A stretch of DNA of 64,000 nt from an uncultured SAR86 cluster bacterium (GTDB lineage: Bacteria > Pseudomonadota > Gammaproteobacteria > Magnimaribacterales > D2472). How positions within the stretch are numbered: position 1 is the first letter of the stretch; each line of letters starts with the position of its first letter. A model generated the notes under the pieces. That model was not told the origin of the DNA. It was given only the letters and a program-made list of their open reading frames with translations, and searched no databases. Location of the stretch: assembly GCA_902593675.1 (NCBI GenBank), contig CACJJI010000004.1, forward strand, positions 6,170-70,169. Direction: 5' to 3'. A program made the translations under genes and the position numbers. This document shows, piece after piece, positions 1-10,302 of the stretch.

Positions 1-414
1 TGTGTAATTAATCCTTTAAATTCTGCCGGAGCTATTGGTTATGTTTCAGAGACCTTTAATCCCCAAGCTATTTTATCTGAGTGTCATCAATTAAATATTC
101 CAATTTTAGCAATCAGAGCTGTTCAGGCCGGTGCTTTAACTTCCTCAATGGATAGGTCTCCTCATGAGTCTGGCTTTGATAAAAGTGATTTTGATGATTT
201 TAAGAAAGCTCAACCTTTTAGGGAGCTCGCGAATAATTGGGGTGAATCTCCGGCCCGCTTAGCTCACCGGTATGCTTTAAGCGCTAAAGGAGTGTCGTCT
301 GTAATTTTAGGTGTTAAAAATAGAATTGAACTAAAAGAATGTGTTGAGGCTGAAGCTGATGGTCTGCTATCTCGGAGTGAGATTCAGCAGATTGAAAATT
401 GTCTTATAAATTAA
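1..414 (+). CDS. Aldo/keto reductase family oxidoreductase, C-terminal part (5' end outside the window)
   Basis: Frame 1 is open from nt 1 with no stop before 412-414. The C-terminal text (ARLAHRYALSAKGVSSVILGVKNRIELKECV) resembles AKR C-termini. The listed 148-414 ORF is only the part after an internal Met. Confidence 0.55.
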   Translation, partial: CVINPLNSAGAIGYVSETFNPQAILSECHQLNIPILAIRAVQAGALTSSMDRSPHESGFDKSDFDDFKKAQPFRELANNWGESPARLAHRYALSAKGVSSVILGVKNRIELKECVEAEADGLLSRSEIQQIENCLIN

Positions 415-432
415 TATTTCAAGGAGTGATAG

Positions 433-1257
433 ATGGATACATATAAAAATAAAATAGCACTGGTAACTGGTGCATCAACTGGCATTGGCAGAGCCATGGC
501 CGTTGATCTTGCAGCGCAAGGGGCTGAGTTGATTTTAACTGCACGATCTAAAGAGCAACTAGATGCTTTAGCACAGGAGATCCAAGGAAAAGCAGGCAAG
601 GCCCATGTTTTCGTTGAAGATTTAGCTCTACCAGGTTCAGGTGAAAGATTGCATCAGCAAATCCTTGCTGCAGGTCTGGATGTTGATTTATTAATTAATA
701 ATGCTGGCTATGGCAGATGGGGTCAATTTGGAGAGTTTCAAAGAGATGATTATGCGGCAATGATTCAATTAAACATTACTTCTCTGACAGATCTTTGTCA
801 CTTATTTATGCCAGCTATGGTGGATAAAGGTGAAGGTGGAGTTATAAATATAGGATCATCTGCCTCATTTTTACCAGTTCCTTATGCGGGTGTTTATTCT
901 TCAACGAAAGCATATGTTTTGATGTTATCTGAAGCATTGAGATATGAGTATGCTTCGAGCAATGTTCGAGTTATGGCTTCATGTCCTGGAGCAACAGATT
1001 CAAATTTTAGAAATACTGCTTCAGAAAAATCTTCTGAGAGACTCAAACAAAGAATCAGCAAATTGAAAGATGATGGTCAGGTTGGCGATACTTGTGAAAG
1101 AGTATCGCAAGAAACCCTGGATGCTTTTTTGCAAAATAAGCACTACATAGTTCCTGGTAAAGGTAATTCTAAGTTTGCATTTTTACCAAGGATTTTATCC
1201 AGAGCCAGGGTATTAAAATTTACTGGCGATGCCTTTAAAAAACATACTGCAAGTTAG
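433..1257 (+). CDS. Short-chain dehydrogenase/reductase (SDR) family oxidoreductase
   Basis: Carries the Rossmann motif TGASTGIGRA, NNAG, and the catalytic YSSTK (YxxxK). An SD-like AAGGAG lies just upstream. Confidence 0.8.
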   Translation: MDTYKNKIALVTGASTGIGRAMAVDLAAQGAELILTARSKEQLDALAQEIQGKAGKAHVFVEDLALPGSGERLHQQILAAGLDVDLLINNAGYGRWGQFGEFQRDDYAAMIQLNITSLTDLCHLFMPAMVDKGEGGVINIGSSASFLPVPYAGVYSSTKAYVLMLSEALRYEYASSNVRVMASCPGATDSNFRNTASEKSSERLKQRISKLKDDGQVGDTCERVSQETLDAFLQNKHYIVPGKGNSKFAFLPRILSRARVLKFTGDAFKKHTAS

Positions 1258-1297
1258 TTTTACCCGAAAGGATATTTTTTTAGTAGCATAGGAGACC

Positions 1298-2830
1298 ATG
1301 GCTATTAAAAATCGACCAGAATTTGAAAAATTCATTCGCCGAGTTGAAAAAAGCTCTGATGAATTTCGTGCATCATCAACTGAAAAGAGGCATTCAAAAC
1401 AATATAGAACTGCTAGAGAAAACCTTGCCCATTTAGTGGATGAAAATAGTTTTTTAGAGTTTGGTCAATTTGCAGTTGCCGCACAACGCAGCCGTAGAGA
1501 TTATAAAGAGCTTCAAGATAAGACCAATGCCGATGGTATTATTACTGGTTTTTGCTCTGTCAATTCAGAATTAGTTGGGGCAGAAAGCTCTCAAGCTGTT
1601 GCTATTGTTTATGATTATTCTGTTTTGGCTGGAACACAAGGTGCTTTTCATCACTTAAAGCTCGATCGTATCTGCGATCAAGCCAAAAAGTTTCAGCTCC
1701 CGATTGTAATTTTTACAGAAGGTGGTGGGGGTAGACCAGGTGACACAGATGTATTGATTCAGATGGCTGGATTACACATACCATCTTTTTCTACCTGGGC
1801 TCAATTAACCGGCAGCTCTTTGAAAATTGCAGTAAATAATGGCTATTGTTTTGCAGGTAATGCCGCATTATTTGGCTGTTCAGACTTCAGGATTGCAACT
1901 AAAACTTCATGGATTGGCATGGCTGGTCCAGCCATGATAGAAGGAGGCGGTTTGGGCGTGTTTGAGCCAACTGACATTGGGCCTGTTTCGGTACATGAGA
2001 AGAATGGAGTTGTGGACTATATAGCTGAAAATGAAGAGCATGCCACCTTAATTGCAAAAAAACTTCTTTCTTATTTTCAAGGTGCTATCAGCGAATTCAC
2101 TGTTAATGATCAAGAAACCCTCCGCAATGTAATGCCTGAGGACAGGCGCTATACTTATGAGGTTCGCGATATTATTCAAACATTGGCTGATGAAGATAGT
2201 TTTTTGGAGCTCAGGAAAAACTTCGGTCAAAGTATTGTGACCGGCTTTATTAGAATAGAAGGGAAGCCTTTCGCCCTTCTTGCAAGTGATTGTCAAAAAC
2301 TTGGGGGCGCAATAGATTCTGAGTCTGCTGAAAAAGCAGCGGAGTTTATTTCTATTTGCAATGATCATAATCTTTCAATTCTTGTTCTTGCTGATACTCC
2401 TGGATTCATGGTTGGCCCTGCAAGTGAAGAGGGGGGAGCTGTTAGAAGAATGGCATCTTTATTTAAACAAGGAGCCAACATTCAGGTTCCACTGGTAGCA
2501 ATTTTTCTTCGTAAAGGATACGGTTTAGGAGCACAGGCTTTAGTTGGGGGCAGTCTTCATAATCCTGTTTACACTGCAGCATGGCCAACGGGAGAATTTG
2601 GTGGCATGGGAATAGAAGGAGCTGTAAAGCTGGGGTATAAAAAAGAACTGGAGAGCATCGAGGGCCTTGATGAGCGTAAAAAACTTTTTGATAAGTTGGT
2701 TGCTAAAATGTATGACGTTGGCCAGGCAATTGAGGCAGCATCTTTTTTAGAAATTGATGCGGTTATTGATCCTGCAGATACAAGACAAACTGTGCTTAAA
2801 GCTTTTCAATCTGCGCAAGGAAATTCATGA
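1298..2830 (+). CDS. Acyl-CoA carboxylase carboxyltransferase (beta) subunit-like protein
   Basis: The 510-aa length and sequence run (FTEGGGGRPGD..., ADTPGFMVGP, GMGIEGAV) fit the PccB/MccB/AccD5-type carboxyl-transferase family. No biotin carboxylase or BCCP gene is nearby. Confidence 0.7.
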   Translation: MAIKNRPEFEKFIRRVEKSSDEFRASSTEKRHSKQYRTARENLAHLVDENSFLEFGQFAVAAQRSRRDYKELQDKTNADGIITGFCSVNSELVGAESSQAVAIVYDYSVLAGTQGAFHHLKLDRICDQAKKFQLPIVIFTEGGGGRPGDTDVLIQMAGLHIPSFSTWAQLTGSSLKIAVNNGYCFAGNAALFGCSDFRIATKTSWIGMAGPAMIEGGGLGVFEPTDIGPVSVHEKNGVVDYIAENEEHATLIAKKLLSYFQGAISEFTVNDQETLRNVMPEDRRYTYEVRDIIQTLADEDSFLELRKNFGQSIVTGFIRIEGKPFALLASDCQKLGGAIDSESAEKAAEFISICNDHNLSILVLADTPGFMVGPASEEGGAVRRMASLFKQGANIQVPLVAIFLRKGYGLGAQALVGGSLHNPVYTAAWPTGEFGGMGIEGAVKLGYKKELESIEGLDERKKLFDKLVAKMYDVGQAIEAASFLEIDAVIDPADTRQTVLKAFQSAQGNS

Positions 2831-3798
2831 AGAAAATACTCACAGGTCTTTTGGTTATTCTCTTGGTTTTATGGATCCCATACTTTGTTCAAACATATAA
2901 CCTTAAAACGCTAACAGCATCTGACCTTCCTGTGGAAGGTTCTTGGGCCTCACTAAAAGAAGGCAATCTGTATTACCGTTGGTATTATCCAGATGCTGAA
3001 GTTGCAAACAATGAAACAGTCGTTTTGGTGCATGGATTTTCTACTCCTCATTTTGTCTGGGATGGAATGAAGGGTTTTTTATTAGATGCAGGTTACTCAA
3101 TCCTCGTGTTTGATCATTACGGTCGAGGATATTCAGAGAGACCAAGAATTAAATATACCAAGGATGTTTTTGTTCAATCTCTCAAAGGTCTATTAGATAC
3201 CCAAGGAATTTCTGATCAGGTTCATCTAGTGGGCTATTCAATGGGCGGGCCTATAGTTGGGCATTTTACCAATGAGTTTCCTGACATGGTTAAAAGCATG
3301 TCTTTGATTGCTCCAGCAGGTTTTATGCTTGAAAACCCAACTGAGGATTGGTGGATCATGAAACCTTTAATCGGAGAGTGGATTCTCAATGTCTTTGGTT
3401 CAAGGTTAGTCTTTCAAGGAAACGAAGAAAACGATGAGCCGCCCAGAGAAGACCCATTGGCTTTATCAAAAAAAGATTTTATTAAAAAAGCAGGAATCCA
3501 GATGCAATACAAGGGCTTCATTTATGCTTTGCTATCTACAGCCCGCAATTTCAATTTATTTAGCACTCAAGAAATGTTTGGCGAAGTAGGAAATTTGAAC
3601 AAGCCTACTCTGACTATTTGGGGAACAGATGATGGCGTTGTTCCATTCAAAGGCAGCGAGGAGCTAATGCTTTCTATTCCTCAATCTGAATTACTTGTGT
3701 TAGAGGGAGGCAAGCATGACATTACTTATGCTGAGCCTTCACTGGTTGGCGCAGCTATTCGTGATTTTTTAATAAGTCTGGCTAAGGTTGAAGCTTAG
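2827..3798 (+). CDS. Membrane-anchored alpha/beta-fold hydrolase
   Basis: Has an N-terminal hydrophobic helix (LLVILLVLWIPYFV), the HGF oxyanion motif, the nucleophile elbow GYSMGG and a C-terminal GGKHD histidine. Its start overlaps the upstream stop (ATGA). Confidence 0.75.
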   Translation: MKKILTGLLVILLVLWIPYFVQTYNLKTLTASDLPVEGSWASLKEGNLYYRWYYPDAEVANNETVVLVHGFSTPHFVWDGMKGFLLDAGYSILVFDHYGRGYSERPRIKYTKDVFVQSLKGLLDTQGISDQVHLVGYSMGGPIVGHFTNEFPDMVKSMSLIAPAGFMLENPTEDWWIMKPLIGEWILNVFGSRLVFQGNEENDEPPREDPLALSKKDFIKKAGIQMQYKGFIYALLSTARNFNLFSTQEMFGEVGNLNKPTLTIWGTDDGVVPFKGSEELMLSIPQSELLVLEGGKHDITYAEPSLVGAAIRDFLISLAKVEA

Positions 3799-6574
3799 CA
3801 ATACTTTTTTCTAACATTGCTTTTTTGCTTTCCGCATCTGCAACTTTTGCTGTTTCTTTCTCTACAACTGCAGCGGGAGCCTTGGAAATAAATTGCTCAT
3901 TGGCAAGTTTAGAGCTAATTATCTGAATATCATTCTCTACATCTTCTAGCTCTTTTTGAAGTCGCATCATCTCTTCTTCAGGATCAATCAATCCCTCCAA
4001 TGGAATAATGAGCTTGTATCCATCCATGGTTTTTTCAATTGATTCTGCTGGGATCTTGTCGGAAAATTCGATTCCGTCTAATTTTGCAATACCTTCAATG
4101 ATTTCTTCATTCTCGCTGATGACAGATTTCATCTCAGAGTTAAGATCATTAGAAACAATGAGATTAAAGGTCTCATTTTTTATATTTTGGTTTTCTGCTC
4201 TTAGAACCCTAAGTGAAGAAATAATGTTAATGATCTCATCTAATTGTTGTTCAGTTTTTTTCTTGGATACTCTTGCATGTTCAAAGCCACTCTCAACTAA
4301 GAATCCTGACTTTTCTACCTTTGCCAAATCCGCCAATTTAGAAGAAAGTTCCTCAGTAATAAAGGGCATGAAAGGATGTAACAATTCAAGAATGCTATAA
4401 AAGTTAGCAATTAAATTCCCAATAAGATTATTTATTTGGCTAGTTTCATCAGATTTTTGGATGGCGACTTTACTGAATTCAATGTACCAGTCACAGAAAT
4501 TTGACCATATTAATTCATATATCTCCGCTGATGCTAAATCAAACCGATATTGTTTTATATGCGTTTGGCAATTTTGAGCAGTTTGGTGAATTTTTGATCC
4601 CATCCATTCAGATAAAATATCTTCTGAGCTTTCACTAGTTTGATAGCCATGATTAGCAACTTGCATTTCAATAAACCTGAAAGCATTCCAAATTTTATTG
4701 CAGAAGTTTCTGTAGCCCTTGATTCTGCCTATATCAAAATTAATGTCTCTACCCGGAGAAGCAAGAGAGTAGAAGGTATATCGCAAAGCATCAGTACCAT
4801 AACTTTCGATACCTTCAGGGAACTGTTTTTTTGTCTGTTTAATAATTTTTTCTTTGAGTTGAGGTTGCATCATGCCTTCAGTTCTTTTTTCCAGCAGTTC
4901 CTCTAGGGAAACCCCATCTATAAGATCAATTGGATCAAGGATGTTTCCTTTTGATTTAGACATTTTCTGCCCACTTTCATCTTTGATTAGACCGGTAATA
5001 TAAACCTCTTTAAAGGGAACTTCTTTCATAAAGTGCTTGGTCATCATGATCATCCTAGCGACCCAAAAAAAGATAATATCAAAACCAGTTACCAAGGTTG
5101 TTGTTGGATGAAAAAGGTTAAGTTTTTCATTTTTTTCGGGCCAGCCCATAGTGGCAAATGTCCACAGACTCGATGAAAACCATGTATCTAATACATCCTC
5201 TTCTTGGCGTAGCTTACCTTTGAGACCATGCTTTTTTCTAACATCTGCTTCAGAAAAGCCTGCATAGGGCGCATTTGATTCATCGTACCAAATTGGAATT
5301 CTATGTCCCCACCATAGTTGTCTACTTATGCACCAGTCTTGAATGTTATCCATCCATTGGAAATAGGTTTTTTCCCAATTAGCAGGTACAAATTGAATTT
5401 CCTTAGACTTAACAGCTTCTATGGCTGGTTTGGCAAGAGTTTTAGCGTCTACATACCATTGATCTGTTAAGAGGGGCTCAAGAATTTGATCGGATCTATC
5501 TCCATAGGGTAGAGTGCTTTCATATTCTTTCTCAGACATCAGAAGCTTTTCATTTTTTAAGTCTTGCAAGATAACTTTACGAGCCTCAAATCTATCCATG
5601 CCATGAAATTTTTCAGGAGCAACACCAATAACTTCAACAGCTTTATTTAGAATTGAAATTGGAGCAAATTCGCTTTCATCACCTGTATGACATTGCAAGC
5701 TATCATTCATGTGTAGTCCATGTCTTTTACCTAGCTCGTAATCATTAAAATCATGACCAGGGGTTATCTTCACAACCCCTGTACCAAATTCAGAATCTAC
5801 ATAGTCGTCTGCAACAATGGGAATAACTCTATTGCACAAGGGAATCTCAGCATTTTTACCTACCAGATGAGTAAACCTCTTATCATCGGGATTGACTGCG
5901 AGCGCCATATCCCCCATAAGCGTTTCAGGCCTTGTGGTAGCAACAGTTACAAATTCATCAGCTTCCTCGAGTTGATACTTAATTTCCCAGATTTTAATTG
6001 TTAGATCTTTATTGACTACTTCAAGGTCTGATAGGGAGGTCTCTAATGTAGGATCCCAATTCACAAGGCGTTTGCCCTGATAAATTAAGCCTTCTTCAAA
6101 TAATTGTATAAAAGCACTTAAAACAGCATGCTGATAATCATCATCCAAAGTGAATCTTTCTGTACTCCAATCTAGACTAGAGCCCAGGCGTCTCAGCTGT
6201 GAGGTAATTTTGTTGCCAGAGTACTTCTTCCAATTCCAAACTTCTTTTTCAAAAGCTTCTCTACCAATTTCATTCTTTGATTTACCGTTAGCATTCAGTC
6301 TTCGCTCAACCACCATTTCAGTTGCAATACCTGCATGGTCTGTACCGACTTGCCACAAGGTATTTTTGCCCGACATTCGATAGTATCGAATCAAGCAATC
6401 CATGATGGCATTTTGAAATCCATGCCCCATATGGAGTGTTCCTGTAACATTTGGTGGGGGTATGGCTAATGAATATGAATCTGATCCATCTCCAGGTTCA
6501 AATATGCCGGAATCCTCCCACTCTTGATATAGCTTTCGTTCTATATCCGAAGGGTCATATGGCTTCTTATCCAT
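3782..6574 (-). CDS. valS: Valine--tRNA ligase
   Basis: 930 aa with the class I motifs HMGH (TGTLHMGHGF) and KMSKS (KMSKSKGN), plus a C-terminal coiled coil. Confidence 0.97.
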   Translation of the reverse strand: MDKKPYDPSDIERKLYQEWEDSGIFEPGDGSDSYSLAIPPPNVTGTLHMGHGFQNAIMDCLIRYYRMSGKNTLWQVGTDHAGIATEMVVERRLNANGKSKNEIGREAFEKEVWNWKKYSGNKITSQLRRLGSSLDWSTERFTLDDDYQHAVLSAFIQLFEEGLIYQGKRLVNWDPTLETSLSDLEVVNKDLTIKIWEIKYQLEEADEFVTVATTRPETLMGDMALAVNPDDKRFTHLVGKNAEIPLCNRVIPIVADDYVDSEFGTGVVKITPGHDFNDYELGKRHGLHMNDSLQCHTGDESEFAPISILNKAVEVIGVAPEKFHGMDRFEARKVILQDLKNEKLLMSEKEYESTLPYGDRSDQILEPLLTDQWYVDAKTLAKPAIEAVKSKEIQFVPANWEKTYFQWMDNIQDWCISRQLWWGHRIPIWYDESNAPYAGFSEADVRKKHGLKGKLRQEEDVLDTWFSSSLWTFATMGWPEKNEKLNLFHPTTTLVTGFDIIFFWVARMIMMTKHFMKEVPFKEVYITGLIKDESGQKMSKSKGNILDPIDLIDGVSLEELLEKRTEGMMQPQLKEKIIKQTKKQFPEGIESYGTDALRYTFYSLASPGRDINFDIGRIKGYRNFCNKIWNAFRFIEMQVANHGYQTSESSEDILSEWMGSKIHQTAQNCQTHIKQYRFDLASAEIYELIWSNFCDWYIEFSKVAIQKSDETSQINNLIGNLIANFYSILELLHPFMPFITEELSSKLADLAKVEKSGFLVESGFEHARVSKKKTEQQLDEIINIISSLRVLRAENQNIKNETFNLIVSNDLNSEMKSVISENEEIIEGIAKLDGIEFSDKIPAESIEKTMDGYKLIIPLEGLIDPEEEMMRLQKELEDVENDIQIISSKLANEQFISKAPAAVVEKETAKVADAESKKAMLEKSIAKLQP

Positions 6575-6598
6575 TAACTATTAAGATTTATAAAAGTC

Positions 6599-8113
6599 TT
6601 ATAAATTTCCATTTAAAATTAATTCAGCTAACAATGGAACCGGTCTACCAGTGCCACCTTTTTTAGCGCCACCATTCCAAGCACTTGCTGCAATGTCCAT
6701 GTGGGCCCATTTAAAGTCTTTCGTGAAGTTAGATAGGAAAGAAGCAGCATGAATAGTTCCAGCCTCTCTCCCGCCACCAATATTAGCAAGGTCTGCAAAG
6801 TTGGTTTTGGTGCAATGTGCATATTCTTCCCAGAGAGGAAGTTGCCAAGCTCGGTCACCAGATTTTTCCCCAGCAGCTAAAATTTTGTCAGCAAGAGGTT
6901 GATTATTGGCCATCACTCCAGTAGCAGGGCTACCAAGTGCAATAACAACAGCTCCAGTTAGAGTTGCCATATCAATTACATGACTGGGCTTAAATTTCTT
7001 TGAATAAGTTAATGCATCGCATAGCACCAATCTGCCCTCAGCATCAGTATTCAAGATCTCGATGGTTTGACCTGACATTGAGGTTACCACATCGCCAGGT
7101 TTAGTAGCATGAGCAGAAGGCATATTTTCTGCACAAACTAGCAAGCCGACAACATTCACTTTGGCTTTTAGTCTTGCTAGCGTTTGCATAATTCCAAACA
7201 CAGATGCAGCTCCACACATGTCCCATTTCATTTCATCCATAGCAGGACTTGGCTTAATTGAGATCCCTCCGGTATCAAATGTAATTCCTTTGCCTACTAG
7301 CACTATGGGTTGTTTATCCTTTGCGCCACCTCTGTATTCAATGGTCATCATTCTAGACGGCTCATCACTGCCTCTACCAACTGATAAATAAGACCCCATT
7401 TTTAATCGCTCCATATCTTTCTCATTGAGACTGGAAATTTTTAGAGCTGGAAAATCTTTTTTTAAGGCTTTTGTTTTGCGCTCAATAATCCTTGGCGTGC
7501 AATGGTTTGCAGGCAAGTCACCAAGATGTTTTGTAGCATTCATTCCCTCACCAACAGCATGACCAAGTTTTACCGCAGCTCTAACTGATTTTAATTTTGC
7601 TGGAGTTAAACCAGCAAATAAAAGAGTGCCTTTTTTCACTGTAACAGGCTTTGCAGTTTTATTTTTTGTTGCATTGAAAGTATAGGCTGCAGCTTCAAAC
7701 GTTCTTGCTGCAACTTCAGCAGCCCAAGTCAAATCGAAATCTTTTGAAGTAGTTGAGCTCATCAGATATGCAAAGTCCTTTGCTTTGGCTGATTTGATCA
7801 AGCCCATGATCTCTTCATAATAACGCAGCACTAAAAAGCTCGCTGCTTTAGGATCCGGTTCTTTGATTAGCAGGACATTTTTAGCTGCAACTTTGGCTGG
7901 AGCTGGAAGAAAAATTGATTTTCTTGAGCCGCTATTAATTTCTTTTATCGACTCTTTAATTAATGATTGAGCGCTTGATTGCAGTTCTTTGAGCTCAGCT
8001 GCCGCTGATGTTTTTTTATTAACTGCAATAATTAAGAGATCTGTCTTAATTTTTAATAGATCTGCAGAATTAACATTGTTTGCACTTAGACTTGATAGGA
8101 CTTTGTAAGCCAT
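6599..8113 (-). CDS. pepA: Leucyl aminopeptidase (M17)
   Basis: Carries the NTDAEGRLVLCDAL signature and VGKGITFDTGG. It is divergent from lptF-lptG as in E. coli. Confidence 0.93.
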   Translation of the reverse strand: MAYKVLSSLSANNVNSADLLKIKTDLLIIAVNKKTSAAAELKELQSSAQSLIKESIKEINSGSRKSIFLPAPAKVAAKNVLLIKEPDPKAASFLVLRYYEEIMGLIKSAKAKDFAYLMSSTTSKDFDLTWAAEVAARTFEAAAYTFNATKNKTAKPVTVKKGTLLFAGLTPAKLKSVRAAVKLGHAVGEGMNATKHLGDLPANHCTPRIIERKTKALKKDFPALKISSLNEKDMERLKMGSYLSVGRGSDEPSRMMTIEYRGGAKDKQPIVLVGKGITFDTGGISIKPSPAMDEMKWDMCGAASVFGIMQTLARLKAKVNVVGLLVCAENMPSAHATKPGDVVTSMSGQTIEILNTDAEGRLVLCDALTYSKKFKPSHVIDMATLTGAVVIALGSPATGVMANNQPLADKILAAGEKSGDRAWQLPLWEEYAHCTKTNFADLANIGGGREAGTIHAASFLSNFTKDFKWAHMDIAASAWNGGAKKGGTGRPVPLLAELILNGNL

Positions 8114-8179
8114 AAACCATACTCCTGATAAAAATTACTGATAAGATATTTATTGTAATGCATCAAGATCGCTAAAGGC

Positions 8180-9307
8180 ATGTATAAAAAGAATATTCTT
8201 GCAATTCATTTAAATTCTCAAATTTTTAAAGGCTTTTTTGCAATACTATTTATCCTGACAGCATTAATTTTTTCATCAAGACTTGTCGGTTATTTTGAGC
8301 AAGCTGCAGCAGGTAGTTTGAATCCAGACATTATTTTTACGGTAATTCTTTTTAGATTGCCTGATTTTTTAGCACTGTTGATACCTTTTGCGTTTTTTCT
8401 GAGCCTCTTGCTTGTTATCTCAGAGCTCTATAATACCAATGGAATCTATGCTTACTTTTCTGCTGGTGTGTCTAGGCTAAGATTGATTAAGCATATCACG
8501 CCATTTTTTTTAGTCGTTTTGGCTGCTTGCTCGATAATAAGTATTTATCTAGCGCCATATGGAAAAGCTCTATCCAAGGACCTTATAGCTGAGCAATCAT
8601 ATGAAGACAAGCTTTCAATGATGCAGCCTAATACCTTGATTAATCTTGATGGGATTGGAAGCTATCTTTATTTTGAATCCTATAATGGCGATCAAATGAC
8701 AGGAGTCACATTTTTTGTTCAAGATGACCCTGCTTTATCAATTATTAAGGCTAAGGAGCTGGAAATTTCTAATGAGGCTGGCAACATGATCTTAAATTTT
8801 AAAAGCGGATCTATATATCCAGACTTAAATAGTCCCAATCAAATAGACGCTTCTTTTAAAGATTTAACCCACTCTATTGACATTGGTTTGGCAACTAGCA
8901 ATCCCCTAACTCTTTCTAAATTACTTGATTATAAAAACAAATCTAATTTTATTCAGAATCAATGGAATGCCAGCATACCAATCATGCTCTTAGCTTTAAT
9001 GTTACTCAGTTTTGTCTTTGGTAAAGAAAACCCTAGATCAGGCAGGGAAGGTAGCCTTGTTACAGGTGTATTAATTTATATATTTTACTTAAGTGTTTTA
9101 GTAGCATTCAGAGAAAGCTATGCAGGTAGCTCAAACTTTTTTTATCACTTCTTATGGCCTGTGCATTTAGCGTTTTTATTTTTTGGAGCTTTGCTCTTTT
9201 GGCTTGATGGAAGAATCGCATTTAAAAACATCTTCTCTAACTCAAGATTAAAAACAGTTTCAATTATCTTTTTAATATTCTTTCTTTTAGTTTGGTTGAG
9301 CTCTTGA
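8180..9307 (+). CDS. lptF: LPS export ABC transporter permease LptF
   Basis: A polytopic YjgP/YjgQ-type permease with a periplasmic beta-jellyroll insert. Its position next to pepA is conserved. Confidence 0.8.
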   Translation: MYKKNILAIHLNSQIFKGFFAILFILTALIFSSRLVGYFEQAAAGSLNPDIIFTVILFRLPDFLALLIPFAFFLSLLLVISELYNTNGIYAYFSAGVSRLRLIKHITPFFLVVLAACSIISIYLAPYGKALSKDLIAEQSYEDKLSMMQPNTLINLDGIGSYLYFESYNGDQMTGVTFFVQDDPALSIIKAKELEISNEAGNMILNFKSGSIYPDLNSPNQIDASFKDLTHSIDIGLATSNPLTLSKLLDYKNKSNFIQNQWNASIPIMLLALMLLSFVFGKENPRSGREGSLVTGVLIYIFYLSVLVAFRESYAGSSNFFYHFLWPVHLAFLFFGALLFWLDGRIAFKNIFSNSRLKTVSIIFLIFFLLVWLSS

Positions 9308-10302
9308 TTAAAGATATTTTTAATACCTATTCTATACACCTTATCAAAAGAAGTTTTCTTATTTCAGCCTTTGTGTGGATGGTAATGTTATTCCTTGATT
9401 TCTCAGTGACTTTAGTCATGGAGCTTGAGAATCTATCAATAAATCAAACTCTTTCGGTGATATTCAATACTGTTCTTTATGAACAATTGCATAAAGGGAT
9501 GCAGTACCTTGAGAGCTCAATGCTTATCGGCACATTGATCGCACTTTCGATATTTAATCAACAGGGTAATTTAGTCTTTTTGCGATCAGCAGGGTTTTCG
9601 CCATTAAAAATCGTATTAGTATTAGGATTGGGTCCAATTATATTGTCATTGGCATTAATCTTTCTTGATGAAACGCTATTTTTAGATCTGTCAAAAAAGT
9701 CTAATACTCTTAGTCAACCCATTCAATCTGCTGAAGCGACCCAATGGGAGATGGCAGGCAGAAATTTAATTGGCTTAAGTCGCTTAAATGATAAGCAGGT
9801 TCAGGCAATTCAAGTCATAGAATTTAATGATCAGCAAAGAGTGGCCTCATTTGCTAATTATGAAGAAGGTAGATTAGAGAATGGCCAATTATTTATTGAA
9901 GATACAGCCACTCAACAGGCTTTAAAATTTCCTGCATCATTTCTGTTAACAAATAATGCATTAGAAAATTTTTCTTTTTTATCATTGTTGGATATTGAAA
10001 AAACCTATCTGCTTGATAAAGATATACAAAAAATTGATACATTAATATATGCAAGGGCACTCTTGCCAGTTTCAATTCTTGCAATAATCTTTTTAGCAGG
10101 CAGCCTCATGTTTAATAGCGCGCGTTCAGGAGGAGTCGGCAGACAAATAATAATAGGTATTTCGCTCGGGCTTATTTATGACTTAATGAAAGATTTGAGC
10201 ATTGCATCATTTCTTACTTATCAATGGCCAATATTAATTGCGCACCTTTTACCAATCATGGTTTTAGTTGGAATCGGAGCCTATAAGTTTCAGAGAATCT
10301 AG
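9292..10302 (+). CDS. lptG: LPS export ABC transporter permease LptG
   Basis: Paralogous permease directly after lptF. The start is uncertain: TTG 9292, or TTG 9304, which overlaps the lptF stop as cTTGAt. Confidence 0.78.
   Translation: MVELLIKDIFNTYSIHLIKRSFLISAFVWMVMLFLDFSVTLVMELENLSINQTLSVIFNTVLYEQLHKGMQYLESSMLIGTLIALSIFNQQGNLVFLRSAGFSPLKIVLVLGLGPIILSLALIFLDETLFLDLSKKSNTLSQPIQSAEATQWEMAGRNLIGLSRLNDKQVQAIQVIEFNDQQRVASFANYEEGRLENGQLFIEDTATQQALKFPASFLLTNNALENFSFLSLLDIEKTYLLDKDIQKIDTLIYARALLPVSILAIIFLAGSLMFNSARSGGVGRQIIIGISLGLIYDLMKDLSIASFLTYQWPILIAHLLPIMVLVGIGAYKFQRI

Noticed and set aside
4008-6383. Four plus-strand ORFs (4008-4400, 4640-4906, 5753-6004, 6150-6383) antisense to valS
   Set aside because: They sit inside a highly conserved, full-length valS. 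The translations are low-complexity (S/F/L/I-rich) with no motifs, as expected for antisense frames in AT-rich DNA. The same reasoning applies to the antisense ORFs inside the carboxyltransferase gene, pepA, lptF/lptG, the POT transporter gene, dapD, carB, greA/rlmE, ftsH/glmM, glmM, nusA, infB, rbfA, truB, rpsO/pnp, pnp, ychF/pth, prs, ispE, hemA/prfA, prfA, the acyl-CoA ligase gene, the MBL gene, the hydroxylase gene, gatA/gatB, mreB, yhdP, mgtE, rpoN and lptB.
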